Source: Histomonas meleagridis 2922-C6/04-290x (lineage: Eukaryota; Protista; Parabasalia). From it: a DNA stretch of 39,058 bases. The stretch is from contig JAANOX010000139.1 of NCBI GenBank assembly GCA_020184695.1, positions 1 through 39,058 on the forward strand, written 5' to 3'. Positions 29,734 through 39,058 of the stretch are shown here, piece after piece. The notes below the pieces were generated by a model. That model did not search any database. It saw only the letters and a program-made list of their open reading frames with translations, and was not told where the DNA came from. A program made the position numbers and the translations under genes. The stretch's first letter is position 1. Each line of letters begins with the position of its first letter.

Positions 29734-32580
29734 ATGTACAACCAAAAGAAACCGGCCCATAATGTTCGTCCGTTATTTGTTGGGAACGAATTTAACCAAC
29801 AAGCGCCGCGCGACACAACTCTTGATGTCCTCTCAAAAAATGTGAAGAATTCAAAGGGCGACGAACACGACAGCGCTAAGCACGCGCTGCTTTGGAAGCT
29901 CATGGAGGAGTACATCCCCGCCGAAAAGAGCTCAGTCCAAATCTCATTCGTTAACCACATCGAATATACCATCGCGCGATCGCGTTTTAACTTCGACCGA
30001 TTCTCGGCGTATTTGGCCGCGTCGTATTCAGTAAGAGACAGACTTATCGAATTATTTAATGATACAATGGAGTACTTCATTATCTCAAAGGCGAAAATGG
30101 TCTACTACGTTTCGATCGAGTTCCTTATGGGGCGTTTCCTTCGTAACGCGCTCCTCAACCTCGAAATGGAAGACTTGTACCGAGACTCATTACAAGAATT
30201 GGACGTAAATATTGACCAACTATACTCAGAAGAATATGACCCAGGATTGGGAAACGGTGGCCTCGGGCGCTTGGCTGCTTGCTTCATGGACTCTTTGGCC
30301 ACATTGAACTTGCCTGCGTGGGGATATGGATTAATGTATTCATTTGGTATGTTCAAACAAACAATCGGCGAAGACGGAAGCCAGATCGAAATCCCGGACT
30401 ACTGGCTAAATTATGGCGACCCATGGCGCGTACAGAAGCCCACTGTGACACATAATGTCGGATTTTATGGATCTGTCGAACATGGCGTATGGCATCCGGG
30501 CATCCAAATCATTGCCGTTGCCAACGACTTTTTGATTCCCGGATATAAAACTGATAATACGTTAGCATTAAGATTATGGTCATCCAAACCAACCTCTGAA
30601 TTAGACGAAGAGAAGTTCCGTTATGGCGATTACTATGATGCCGTTTCGCAAAAGCAATGGTGTGAAAACTTAACATCAGTTTTGTATCCAAATGATAACA
30701 CAGCAGAAGGTAAAGAAATGCGTCTGATGCAAGAGTACCTAATGTCATCGGCAACGTTACAAGATATCATTCGCCGACTTAAGACCCAACAAAATGCAAA
30801 GATTCAAGACCTTCCAAAACTTGCTGCCATTCAACTGAACGATACGCACCCGGCGGTTATGGTGGCAGAACTGTTACGGTTATTGATCGACGAGGAAGGG
30901 CTTAGTTTCACTGAAGCGTATGAGATTACAACGAAAGTGTTTTCTTACACATGTCATACTTTAATGCCCGAAGCATTAGAGAAATGGGGCATCCCGTTAT
31001 TTGAGAAAGTTTTACCACGTCACATGCAAATTATCTATGACTTAAATCAAGCCTTTTTGGATCAAATTCGAGCCAAATATAACCCGGGCGATGAAGTCAT
31101 TAGTAAGTTATCTATCATTGAAGAATCGAATCCGAAACAAGTTCGCATGGCAAACTTAGCAGTGATTGGATCACATACAGTAAATGGTGTAGCTAAGATA
31201 CATTCGGAATTAATGAAGAAATACGTCTTCAAAGAATTCGCTGAGTTATTCCCCGAGAAGTTCCAAAACAAAACGAACGGAGTAACAATTCGTCGTTGGT
31301 TACATCATTGTAATCCAGGGTTAACATCATTAATATGTGAATCATTAGGTAATGATAACTGGGCACAAAACTCTGAAGAGTTAACTGGAATATTACGTTA
31401 TTTGGATGACAATGAATTCTTCTTTAAGTGGTTATCAGTGAAACAATCAAACAAACAAGCGTTAGCTACTTATATTAATGATAAACTTGGGATTCAATTA
31501 AATCCAAATATCCAATTATTTGATATCCAAGTCAAACGTATTCATGAATATAAGCGTCAGACATTAAATATATTTAATGTCATTTATCGATATTTAGAAA
31601 TATTAGATCTAAATGAAAATGAACGAACAAATATTACTCCACGTGCTGTAATATTTGGTGGTAAAGCTGCGCCTGGTTATTATGCAGCTAAGAAGTTAAT
31701 CAAATTGATTAATAATGTATCAAAGGTTGTTAATAATGATGAAAATGTTGGAGACTTATTAAAGGTAATATTCATACCAAATTATAACGTGTCAATCGCT
31801 GAATTAATTATCCCAGCTGCTGATATTAATGAACAAATATCTACAGCTGGTACTGAGGCATCTGGTACATCGAATATGAAATTTGCATTTAATTCAAGTT
31901 TGATAATTGGAACTTATGATGGAGCAAATATCGAAATTGGTGATGCAATTGGTAATGAAAATGTTTTCTTCTTCGGAGCTAAAGCTGAAGAAGTCGATAA
32001 GTTACGTGAAAATGCTTATCAAAGACAAATTAATCCAAAGCTTAAAAGAGTATTCCAAACTATACGAAGTGGATTATTCGGTAATGCTGAAGATTATGAA
32101 TGTCTTTTATATCCAATTGAACATGGAGATCATTATTTGGTGAATTATGACTTCGAATCTTATATACAATGTCAACGTAGAATCGATAACGCTTATAAGG
32201 ATCAACATCATTGGGTTACAATGTGTATTAAATCCACCGCAAATATGGGAAGATTTAGTTCTGATAGAACTATTACGGAATATGCTGAACAAATTTGGGA
32301 TATTAAGCCTCATATGTTGCCTCCTTTCGTACCTACTAATGGTAATGGTAATATGGGTTCATCTGGTATAATTAATAGCAACACTGGTAGCATAGGATCA
32401 TTAAGAAGACATCAACAAATGTCTTTGGGTAACCATGATCAAGGTAACGTGGCAATAACAAAGGGTTCTTTCGGTTCTTTGTCTAGAAGAAACCAACCAA
32501 TACCAGTGGCTGTACCAAAGCCTCCAATTAAAGAAATGAGCTCAGATTCTTCAGATGAAGGAGAACCAATCGATATCTAA
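29734..32580 (+). CDS. glgP: Glycogen/starch phosphorylase (GT35), about 948 aa
   Basis: Motifs LGNGGLGRLAACFMDS, QLNDTHP, NGVAKIHS, QVKRIHEYKRQ, GGKAAPGY and the PLP site EASGTSNMKF. The likely start is ATG 29734 after CCACTTT. A Ser/Gly-rich C-terminal extension is present. Confidence 0.97.
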   Translation: MYNQKKPAHNVRPLFVGNEFNQQAPRDTTLDVLSKNVKNSKGDEHDSAKHALLWKLMEEYIPAEKSSVQISFVNHIEYTIARSRFNFDRFSAYLAASYSVRDRLIELFNDTMEYFIISKAKMVYYVSIEFLMGRFLRNALLNLEMEDLYRDSLQELDVNIDQLYSEEYDPGLGNGGLGRLAACFMDSLATLNLPAWGYGLMYSFGMFKQTIGEDGSQIEIPDYWLNYGDPWRVQKPTVTHNVGFYGSVEHGVWHPGIQIIAVANDFLIPGYKTDNTLALRLWSSKPTSELDEEKFRYGDYYDAVSQKQWCENLTSVLYPNDNTAEGKEMRLMQEYLMSSATLQDIIRRLKTQQNAKIQDLPKLAAIQLNDTHPAVMVAELLRLLIDEEGLSFTEAYEITTKVFSYTCHTLMPEALEKWGIPLFEKVLPRHMQIIYDLNQAFLDQIRAKYNPGDEVISKLSIIEESNPKQVRMANLAVIGSHTVNGVAKIHSELMKKYVFKEFAELFPEKFQNKTNGVTIRRWLHHCNPGLTSLICESLGNDNWAQNSEELTGILRYLDDNEFFFKWLSVKQSNKQALATYINDKLGIQLNPNIQLFDIQVKRIHEYKRQTLNIFNVIYRYLEILDLNENERTNITPRAVIFGGKAAPGYYAAKKLIKLINNVSKVVNNDENVGDLLKVIFIPNYNVSIAELIIPAADINEQISTAGTEASGTSNMKFAFNSSLIIGTYDGANIEIGDAIGNENVFFFGAKAEEVDKLRENAYQRQINPKLKRVFQTIRSGLFGNAEDYECLLYPIEHGDHYLVNYDFESYIQCQRRIDNAYKDQHHWVTMCIKSTANMGRFSSDRTITEYAEQIWDIKPHMLPPFVPTNGNGNMGSSGIINSNTGSIGSLRRHQQMSLGNHDQGNVAITKGSFGSLSRRNQPIPVAVPKPPIKEMSSDSSDEGEPIDI

Positions 32581-32968
32581 AATGAATTTGCTTCGGCTTT
32601 ATTTATGAGGGGAAAAAAAATAATAAAAATTTAAATGTGAAATTGTTTCAACATCAATAATTTGATGGCCGAAATGTGAAATGAAAATGCAAATCGATTT
32701 CAAAAAAATGCGTTTTCTACAAGAGAAATCTTCATTCTCATTGAGTGAGGAATGCAAATTTAAGGAAAATAACATTGTTTTTATCATTATTGTCAAAAAA
32801 TAAAAAAAAAAAAATAATTCATTAAATTAAAAGATGTGTTATCATATAAAATAATGTTCTACTTGAAATTTTATTATCAAGAGCCAAAAGAAATGAGTTT
32901 CGAATTTCCAAATTGTTTGCATTGCAAATTAATAAATTTGTTGATAAAAAATTTTATGTTATATTTAT

Positions 32969-33607
32969 TCAAACAAAGCAATTAGAGGAGTACGGATAGT
33001 CGGTTTCATCTGGAGATGAACTAAAGAATAAAAATGGCAAAGGAGCGTTCGAGGGACAACTTGCGTTTTCTGGAATAACCGTCGTGTTTTCTGAAGGAGT
33101 TTGAAACAAACCGTCGATATCGGCTTCTTCAATTTCTTTGAAGTTTTGCACAATTTCATTAAATCCACCAGGGATAACTTCGCAATTGTTCATGTTTAAA
33201 TCAGCTATTCTACTAAGTTCAGTAATACTATCTTGAGATGCAAAGAATTCAAGATTTGAATGAAAAAGATCATCCATTTCATATTCATTGAAGATATGTG
33301 GCATACGTTCGATGAGGTCTTGATACTTAGGAGAGTTCATTAATTGTTCTGTTAGTTGAGATTCAATTGTTTGTCGAATATCTGTAGGTCCTTCATGAGC
33401 AAGATATAAAATGCTGCCATTACGAATCCCGTAAAGTTCTACCTTGTCTTGATCGTTAAGCACTTTTCCATCATAAAAAAGATTTTGATAAATCGGTGCA
33501 ACGCCTAATTGTTCGAAGATAATGTTTTTAATATCGTATATGGCTGTTCCATGCGGGACTTCTACAAACAATGTAATTCCTGAAGAGTCCTTAATTTCAA
33601 GTTTCAT
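32969..33607 (-). CDS. Ubiquitin-like (UBL) domain protein, ubiquilin/Dsk2-like N-terminal half
   Basis: UBL fold (IYDIKNII...QNLFYDGKVLNDQDKVELYGIRNGSILYL), an STI1-like helical region and PSNAPLP. No UBA domain is evident. Confidence 0.75.
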   Translation of the reverse strand: MKLEIKDSSGITLFVEVPHGTAIYDIKNIIFEQLGVAPIYQNLFYDGKVLNDQDKVELYGIRNGSILYLAHEGPTDIRQTIESQLTEQLMNSPKYQDLIERMPHIFNEYEMDDLFHSNLEFFASQDSITELSRIADLNMNNCEVIPGGFNEIVQNFKEIEEADIDGLFQTPSENTTVIPENASCPSNAPLPFLFFSSSPDETDYPYSSNCFV

Positions 33608-33892
33608 TCAGAAGATTTTAATTTGGTTGCAGGATCAAAAAGTGACATGTTATAAAACCGTTTTTTTGACTTAAAAATTGGAAAAAATTATCAGCTTTTT
33701 CAGTTAGAAATTTATCCTTAATCACAAATAAAAATATCTTTTAATAAACAAAATTAAATTAACTTTCTTTGATTATTAATAATGAAAATTTACTAGAAAA
33801 TCTAGTATTTAAAATACTAATAGGAAAATGCTTTTCTTCACAAGAAATTCGTTTTTTATTATGGAAATAAATTTAACACAAGAAGAACAAAA

Positions 33893-36800
33893 ATGGATTT
33901 TCTAGGGTTCTCTCTTAATTTAGAATCGTTTGATGTCGCACTCCAACTCTTGCTTTCAGATGATGAAGAATGTCAAATGGATGGGTTACAAATTTTATCA
34001 AATATTTTTTTATATGGAGCCCAAGAAATATTAATTATTTTGCCAGTCGAAAAGGCAACAGTAGCATTGGCCAAACTGGTTTCACAATCTAACAACCAAG
34101 AACTCTTGAATTTAGCAAGTTCTTGCGTATGTAATCTTTTGGAAGCAAATCTTAACGCAATAAAATATCTTGCTTCCAACGGTTACTTAAAAGGTTCTGC
34201 AGTAGCAATCAAAAAATCAAGTAATAACCAATTTATTCAAAACGTAATCAAATCTTATAGCATTTTTGCAGAATACTCACCAAGATTAATCGGTTCAGAA
34301 ATAGGAATTGATACATTTTTACACTGCTTCAACAAGTTGAGTCCCATCGAACAAAAATCAGCTGCTAAAGCAATGGAAAATATTACAAATACAATCACAA
34401 GTCAAAATGATTTAGCTCATCTTGATGCCATTTTTAAACTGTTAAGCCATAACAATGAAATTGTTGTTACGTCAGCTATCAAAACAATTAACAATATAAT
34501 ACAAAATAATGACAAAACAAAAATACCTTTAACATTTGTTCAAGCATTAATCGATGGAGTTAATACTTTTGAAAATGGTAATACACTTGTTGTAGCTGTT
34601 CGAATTCTTGTTTCATTATCTTGTGTTAATGAATTTGCAGAAGAAATGATCAAACGTGGTATTAACTTCAAGAGACTTCTCTTTGAAGATTACAAAGGTA
34701 ATACCAGCGAAATCAAACGATTAACCTTAAATGTTGTTGTCAATCTTCTTCCAGATATTGACTTTCCTGAAAGTTATTGGAAGCCAATGAACCGAACTCT
34801 TTCAGGTACTACAAAGATTGCAAAAGAAATTCAACCGATTTTATTGAAACTCCTTATTGAAGAATCTGGATGGGAAACTTTAACATTAGCTGGTCTTTCG
34901 GCAATCCAACTTGTTGCGCCATTTCAACCATCAATTGAACTCTTTAATGCAATGGCAGGTCTCATTCACACTCCTCTTTTTGCGCCATTTGTTTTGATGT
35001 TATCCAAAAACATGCCAGATCCGACGGTTATTTTTACTAACGGTTTTATTCCACTTTTTAAGAAGACAAAGCCGATAGACGATCTGAAAGAATGGTACAC
35101 TAATTCCCTTAATAATCTTATTTCTAAATATGGTGCATTATCAAGTTTAAGACAGCGCACTAAAAAGTTTAAGACTTTTAATGATCTTTGCAAATATGTT
35201 ATGAAAAAAGATTTAAAGCCATTTCAATTTCTACTTTTTGGCTTGATGAAACAAACGAACAGATTTCTTAGACAAATTAATGAAATTCCTTCATCTTTAA
35301 TACCAGCAATTAAGAAAATCAGTTCATTAACTAATGGAATACTTAACTTTTTACCTATGAATAGTTGTAGAGATCCTTTACAGCATTATACACCAGATGT
35401 TCTTCTCTCCAAATCCTTAATTTTTGATTTCAAAACCCCAGATGAAACATTTGAAAAATTACCTGTTCATTTAGATCTTGACTTTTCTGGTATTGAATCA
35501 TGGTACAAACTTAATCGCAAAGTTGTTACCAATCAAACCATTGTGGATTACATAAAAACTAGCAAATATAAAGACATCATCATTTTGGAGCACCCCGAAA
35601 AACTTTACAATTCGCAGCGCGGACTTTTTCAGAGGAATTTAAAAATACCAAATATAAAGTCTTATCATTTCCGTTTTAATAACCATGATTTCTCTGCTTA
35701 TGATTTCATGTTCCATTCAGTTGCACGTTCACTTCAAGCTCCTGAAGATATAGTGAATGATTTAAAACTTGAGTTAATTGAAGGTGATATCCCTCGTTCT
35801 AAACTTATAGTACCACTTTCTATCCATAAGAAAACACTTCTCGCTCTTAAAGTTTTATCTAGAATTCATAATTTATTACCAAATGTTAATCTTCATAATG
35901 ATAAACTTCAATCACGTTCACTCCTTAATATGTCATCTCTACTTCTTACAAGTGGCTTTTTATCACCATCTTCACAAATTATATATCATTTTCCATTTAT
36001 ATTTGATTTTGAAGTTCGTAAAATCTTCTTCAAAATCATTGCATATGATCTCCCATACTCATTACCATTCATTGATAGTTATTTCTTTAAGGTTCCTTGG
36101 AATCCACGACTTAATAATATGCGTGTAAAATGTCATCTTCATCGTAATAATCTTTTTGAAGAAGGAAAACTTATGCTGGAGGTTGCAGGACCAGGTATGC
36201 TTCGTCCTGATGTCTTCTTTGATAATGAAGAGGGAATTGGCGCCGGACCAACGCAAGAATTCTTTACACTTTTCTCGCAAGAGTTGTGTAAAAAGTCACG
36301 TAAGCTATGGCGTGATAACTCTTCTGAGTCTTCTGAGTATTGTTGGCATGAACTTGGTTTATTTCCACGACCAGATGCACCTCCAGAGCTATTTTACACG
36401 ATTGGACTCCTTTGTGGTAAAGCTATGCTTATGGACATGATACTTTCCATTCCATTTAATCCTGCTTTCTTTAAGTTAATGAAAGGAAATAAGATATCAC
36501 TTGAAGAAGTTGATCCACAGTTAAAACGATCTCTTGAATCAAGTGATGGTTTATTAGATTTACCATTTACATATCCAGGGATACCTGATTTAGAACTTAT
36601 TCCTGGTGGAAAAGATATTGAAATAACAAAAGAAAATTTCCCTGAATATGTTGAAGCTGTTAAGAAGAAAACGACTGAGTTAACAGAGATAATGAACCAA
36701 TTCAAGAATGGTTTATCGAAAGTCTTTCAAATCGAAGCCTTTAATCTCTTTACTGAAGATGAAATTTGTAATTTGATTGAAGGGGAAATTGTGAGGATTA

Positions 36801-37156
36801 CAGAAAAAGAGCTAATTGAAAACGTTGAAATCTCGCACGGTTACTCTCAGAATTCCCCTCAAATTAAAATGCTTTTTGATACGATAGCCGAAATGAATAA
36901 CGATCAGCAGTCAATGTTAATTAAATTCATAACCGGCTGTAACCGCTTGCCGATAGGCGGTTTGAAGGCGTTGAACCCGAAGTTGGTTATAGCTAAAAGA
37001 GTAACAGATGATAACCAAAACCCTGATGATACATTGCCATCAGTGATGACATGCTCAAATTACTTCAAAATGCCGGAATATTCAAATAGAGAAACATTAA
37101 AGGAAAGATTACTTTATGCAATAAATGAAGGACAAGGAACATTCTTACTGACTTAG
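33893..37156 (+). CDS. HECT E3 ubiquitin ligase, TRIP12/UFD4/UPL3-like with N-terminal ARM repeats
   Basis: N-terminal ARM-like region (LLNLASSCVCNLLE), GIGAGPTQEFF, FITGCNRLPIGG and the catalytic LPSVMTCSNYFKMPEYS...INEGQGTFLLT. Confidence 0.93.
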   Translation: MDFLGFSLNLESFDVALQLLLSDDEECQMDGLQILSNIFLYGAQEILIILPVEKATVALAKLVSQSNNQELLNLASSCVCNLLEANLNAIKYLASNGYLKGSAVAIKKSSNNQFIQNVIKSYSIFAEYSPRLIGSEIGIDTFLHCFNKLSPIEQKSAAKAMENITNTITSQNDLAHLDAIFKLLSHNNEIVVTSAIKTINNIIQNNDKTKIPLTFVQALIDGVNTFENGNTLVVAVRILVSLSCVNEFAEEMIKRGINFKRLLFEDYKGNTSEIKRLTLNVVVNLLPDIDFPESYWKPMNRTLSGTTKIAKEIQPILLKLLIEESGWETLTLAGLSAIQLVAPFQPSIELFNAMAGLIHTPLFAPFVLMLSKNMPDPTVIFTNGFIPLFKKTKPIDDLKEWYTNSLNNLISKYGALSSLRQRTKKFKTFNDLCKYVMKKDLKPFQFLLFGLMKQTNRFLRQINEIPSSLIPAIKKISSLTNGILNFLPMNSCRDPLQHYTPDVLLSKSLIFDFKTPDETFEKLPVHLDLDFSGIESWYKLNRKVVTNQTIVDYIKTSKYKDIIILEHPEKLYNSQRGLFQRNLKIPNIKSYHFRFNNHDFSAYDFMFHSVARSLQAPEDIVNDLKLELIEGDIPRSKLIVPLSIHKKTLLALKVLSRIHNLLPNVNLHNDKLQSRSLLNMSSLLLTSGFLSPSSQIIYHFPFIFDFEVRKIFFKIIAYDLPYSLPFIDSYFFKVPWNPRLNNMRVKCHLHRNNLFEEGKLMLEVAGPGMLRPDVFFDNEEGIGAGPTQEFFTLFSQELCKKSRKLWRDNSSESSEYCWHELGLFPRPDAPPELFYTIGLLCGKAMLMDMILSIPFNPAFFKLMKGNKISLEEVDPQLKRSLESSDGLLDLPFTYPGIPDLELIPGGKDIEITKENFPEYVEAVKKKTTELTEIMNQFKNGLSKVFQIEAFNLFTEDEICNLIEGEIVRITEKELIENVEISHGYSQNSPQIKMLFDTIAEMNNDQQSMLIKFITGCNRLPIGGLKALNPKLVIAKRVTDDNQNPDDTLPSVMTCSNYFKMPEYSNRETLKERLLYAINEGQGTFLLT

Positions 37157-37796
37157 AATAAACATACAATTGGATTTGTATTTTGGTATTCTGTTTAATA
37201 AGTAATATAAAGGACAACGTGTTGACTCAAGATTGTTTTCAATTGATTCTAAAAACAATTTCTTATCTGTAATGATTTCATCTGGAACAAGTTTTAATAT
37301 AGTTGATATATTTGGTGGAGATGGGGAAATTAAAAAATGGCTTAAATGATAATTAAATCATAATTACAATACCTTCAAGTCATTCGGACGCAACATGCAC
37401 AACGTATGAAATAGTTAGTAAAACTCCTTTTTGAAATCTGATTTTTTTTATTATCAAACACAAATTTACACTTATTGATTTTTTTAACAGATAAAAAAAG
37501 TTAAAACCAATTTCATATGGACAATCATCTGAAATGTCCGTTGTGTTAAACATTCGCTCGGGACGGTAAATTTTCGAAATCTTCATTTTTTCACGAGTTT
37601 GTCGGACAATTAGAGAAAAAATGCTTATATATTAATCAATAAAAATATATACTTTTAATTGGTGATAATAATAAGCCCACTTTTATTATTTTATTTCATT
37701 AATAAAGCAAGATATTTTCATTTTAGCTTGAACAATTCAACTTTTTGATTATTTATACAAATTTGAATTGATATATCCGTTATTAATATTTTCCAC

Positions 37797-38830
37797 ATGA
37801 GACCAAAGGAACATTGCGACTCGGAAACACTTCTATCAATAAATCAAGCAATTTTTGGTTTGAATGAAGAAAATTTCTCGAGATCTTTAGGTTTAATAAT
37901 CAACAAATTTGATGAAATCCATCCTTTATCTTATGATTTAATTATTATTCAAATGATATATTATTCCTTTGTAATTAAAAGTAATAACGCAGATTTATTT
38001 TTGAATATTATAAAAGATATAAGAACATTTGAAGAGAGTAATAAAATCAAATCCAATATATTTGATATATTTGGTCGATTTCTTATCAATAAGTATACAA
38101 ATGAATCATCTTATCTTCTTGAAGCTATGATTGAACATAATTTTCTTGAACCAAGCATTGTAAAAAACAAACATAGTGCTTATTTTGTACATTATATGTC
38201 TAAAGAAGAATTAGCAATCTATTTAAGGGAAAATGATTTTGTAAATTATGAAGAACTTTCAAAGAATGATTGGGAACTTCATAAGAAATATGTTAAAGAA
38301 GGAATCAATCCGAATGAAATTGCAACAATAATTCGAAATGATGAAATAGAAAAACTTCAAGAAATATCATCACAAACAAATTTTGACCTTGATCAATATA
38401 TTGAACCATCGCTTTATGAAAGATGTGATTTTATTAATCAATATAATGTTTCATTAATTGATTATGCTGCATTTTTTTTGGATCAGTTAATTGTTTTAAA
38501 TATTTACTTATGAATAATGCAAAAGTAAAAAACACAGGTATATATGCAGTTGATGATATTTCTTGAAGTTTTGATCACAAACGAATTTTGATTTTAACCA
38601 AGAAATTGAGCCATCACTTTATGAAAGTTGTTCATTTGTTAATCATTACAATGTTACATTAATTGATTATGCAGCATTTTTTGGATCAGTTAAATGCTTT
38701 AAATATTTACTTATGAATGGTTCTGATATAGAAAACACAGGCAAATATGCAGTTACAGGTGGAAATGAAGAAATCATTCATTTATGTGAACAAAATCATT
38801 CATCATTTGAAGGTTGCACTTTGCTAATAA
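37797..38830 (+). pseudogene. DUF3447/ankyrin-family gene, frameshifted and fused to a second paralog segment
   Basis: Typical NPNEIATIIRNDEIEKLQE...IEPSLYERC...LIDYAAFFG. A T8 run at 38472-38479 (T6 in the second copy) shifts the frame. A diverged second copy at about 38576-38815 continues into YAVTGGNEEIIHLCEQ. Confidence 0.7.
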
Positions 38831-39058
38831 TGAAACTTTCAATAGTCATAGGACCAAAGTTTTCTTCAACCAAGTTCATTGGATCATAATATCCCTTTGA
38901 ACTGTATAACATAACTTCTTCCTCCTCGTTGTCACTGTCGCTGCTGAACTGTTGCATTTATTAAAGTGAACTGATTTAATATTATATCAAAAACTCAGTG
39001 TCAGAAAATGCTATAGCATTGAATTTTTTGAAACTAAACTATACCAAATTGGACGCAG

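Noticed and set aside
29637-37156. Short ORFs overlapping the phosphorylase, UBL and HECT genes (likewise those within the kinase, M6PR-like and BspA genes)
   Set aside because: Antisense or alternative-frame shadows with no recognisable motifs.
1-39058. Bacterial origin of the window (IS1595-like transposase, BspA, DUF4440)
   Set aside because: Histone H3, eukaryotic uL23, a HECT ligase, a CAMK kinase, a spliceosomal intron and Inr/TAAA signals show a eukaryotic nuclear genome.

Overview
An AT-rich eukaryotic window, most likely from a parabasalid (Trichomonas/Tritrichomonas-like). This rests on the parabasalid-type histone H3 tail ([15 protein letters not shown]), BspA-like LRR and DUF3447/ankyrin families, Inr-type TCA(Y)W motifs just upstream of ATGs, TAA stops that double as TAAA poly(A) signals, and a 24-nt GTATGT..TAG intron. 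Intact genes: SAPS-like protein (split by the intron), RPL23a, two BspA-like proteins, a bacterial-type DUF4440 protein, a CAMK kinase, a five-domain M6P-receptor/ATG27-like membrane protein, glycogen phosphorylase, a UBL protein and a TRIP12/UFD4-like HECT ligase. These sit among a Merlin (IS1595-like) transposon with an 8-bp TSD, a decayed pogo-like element, several pseudogenes and palindrome-rich intergenic DNA. The most unusual feature is two ankyrin genes (19.0-20.1 kb and 25.0-27.5 kb). In both, every intact 87-nt ankyrin module is separated from the next by a related 63-86 nt AT-rich insert at the same beta-hairpin position. The inserts break the frame or carry stops and do not match the canonical intron seen in this window, while the modules vary mainly at DARPin-like binding positions. 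How, or whether, the inserts are removed cannot be settled without transcript data. Product calls come from motif recognition only; no database searches were run.
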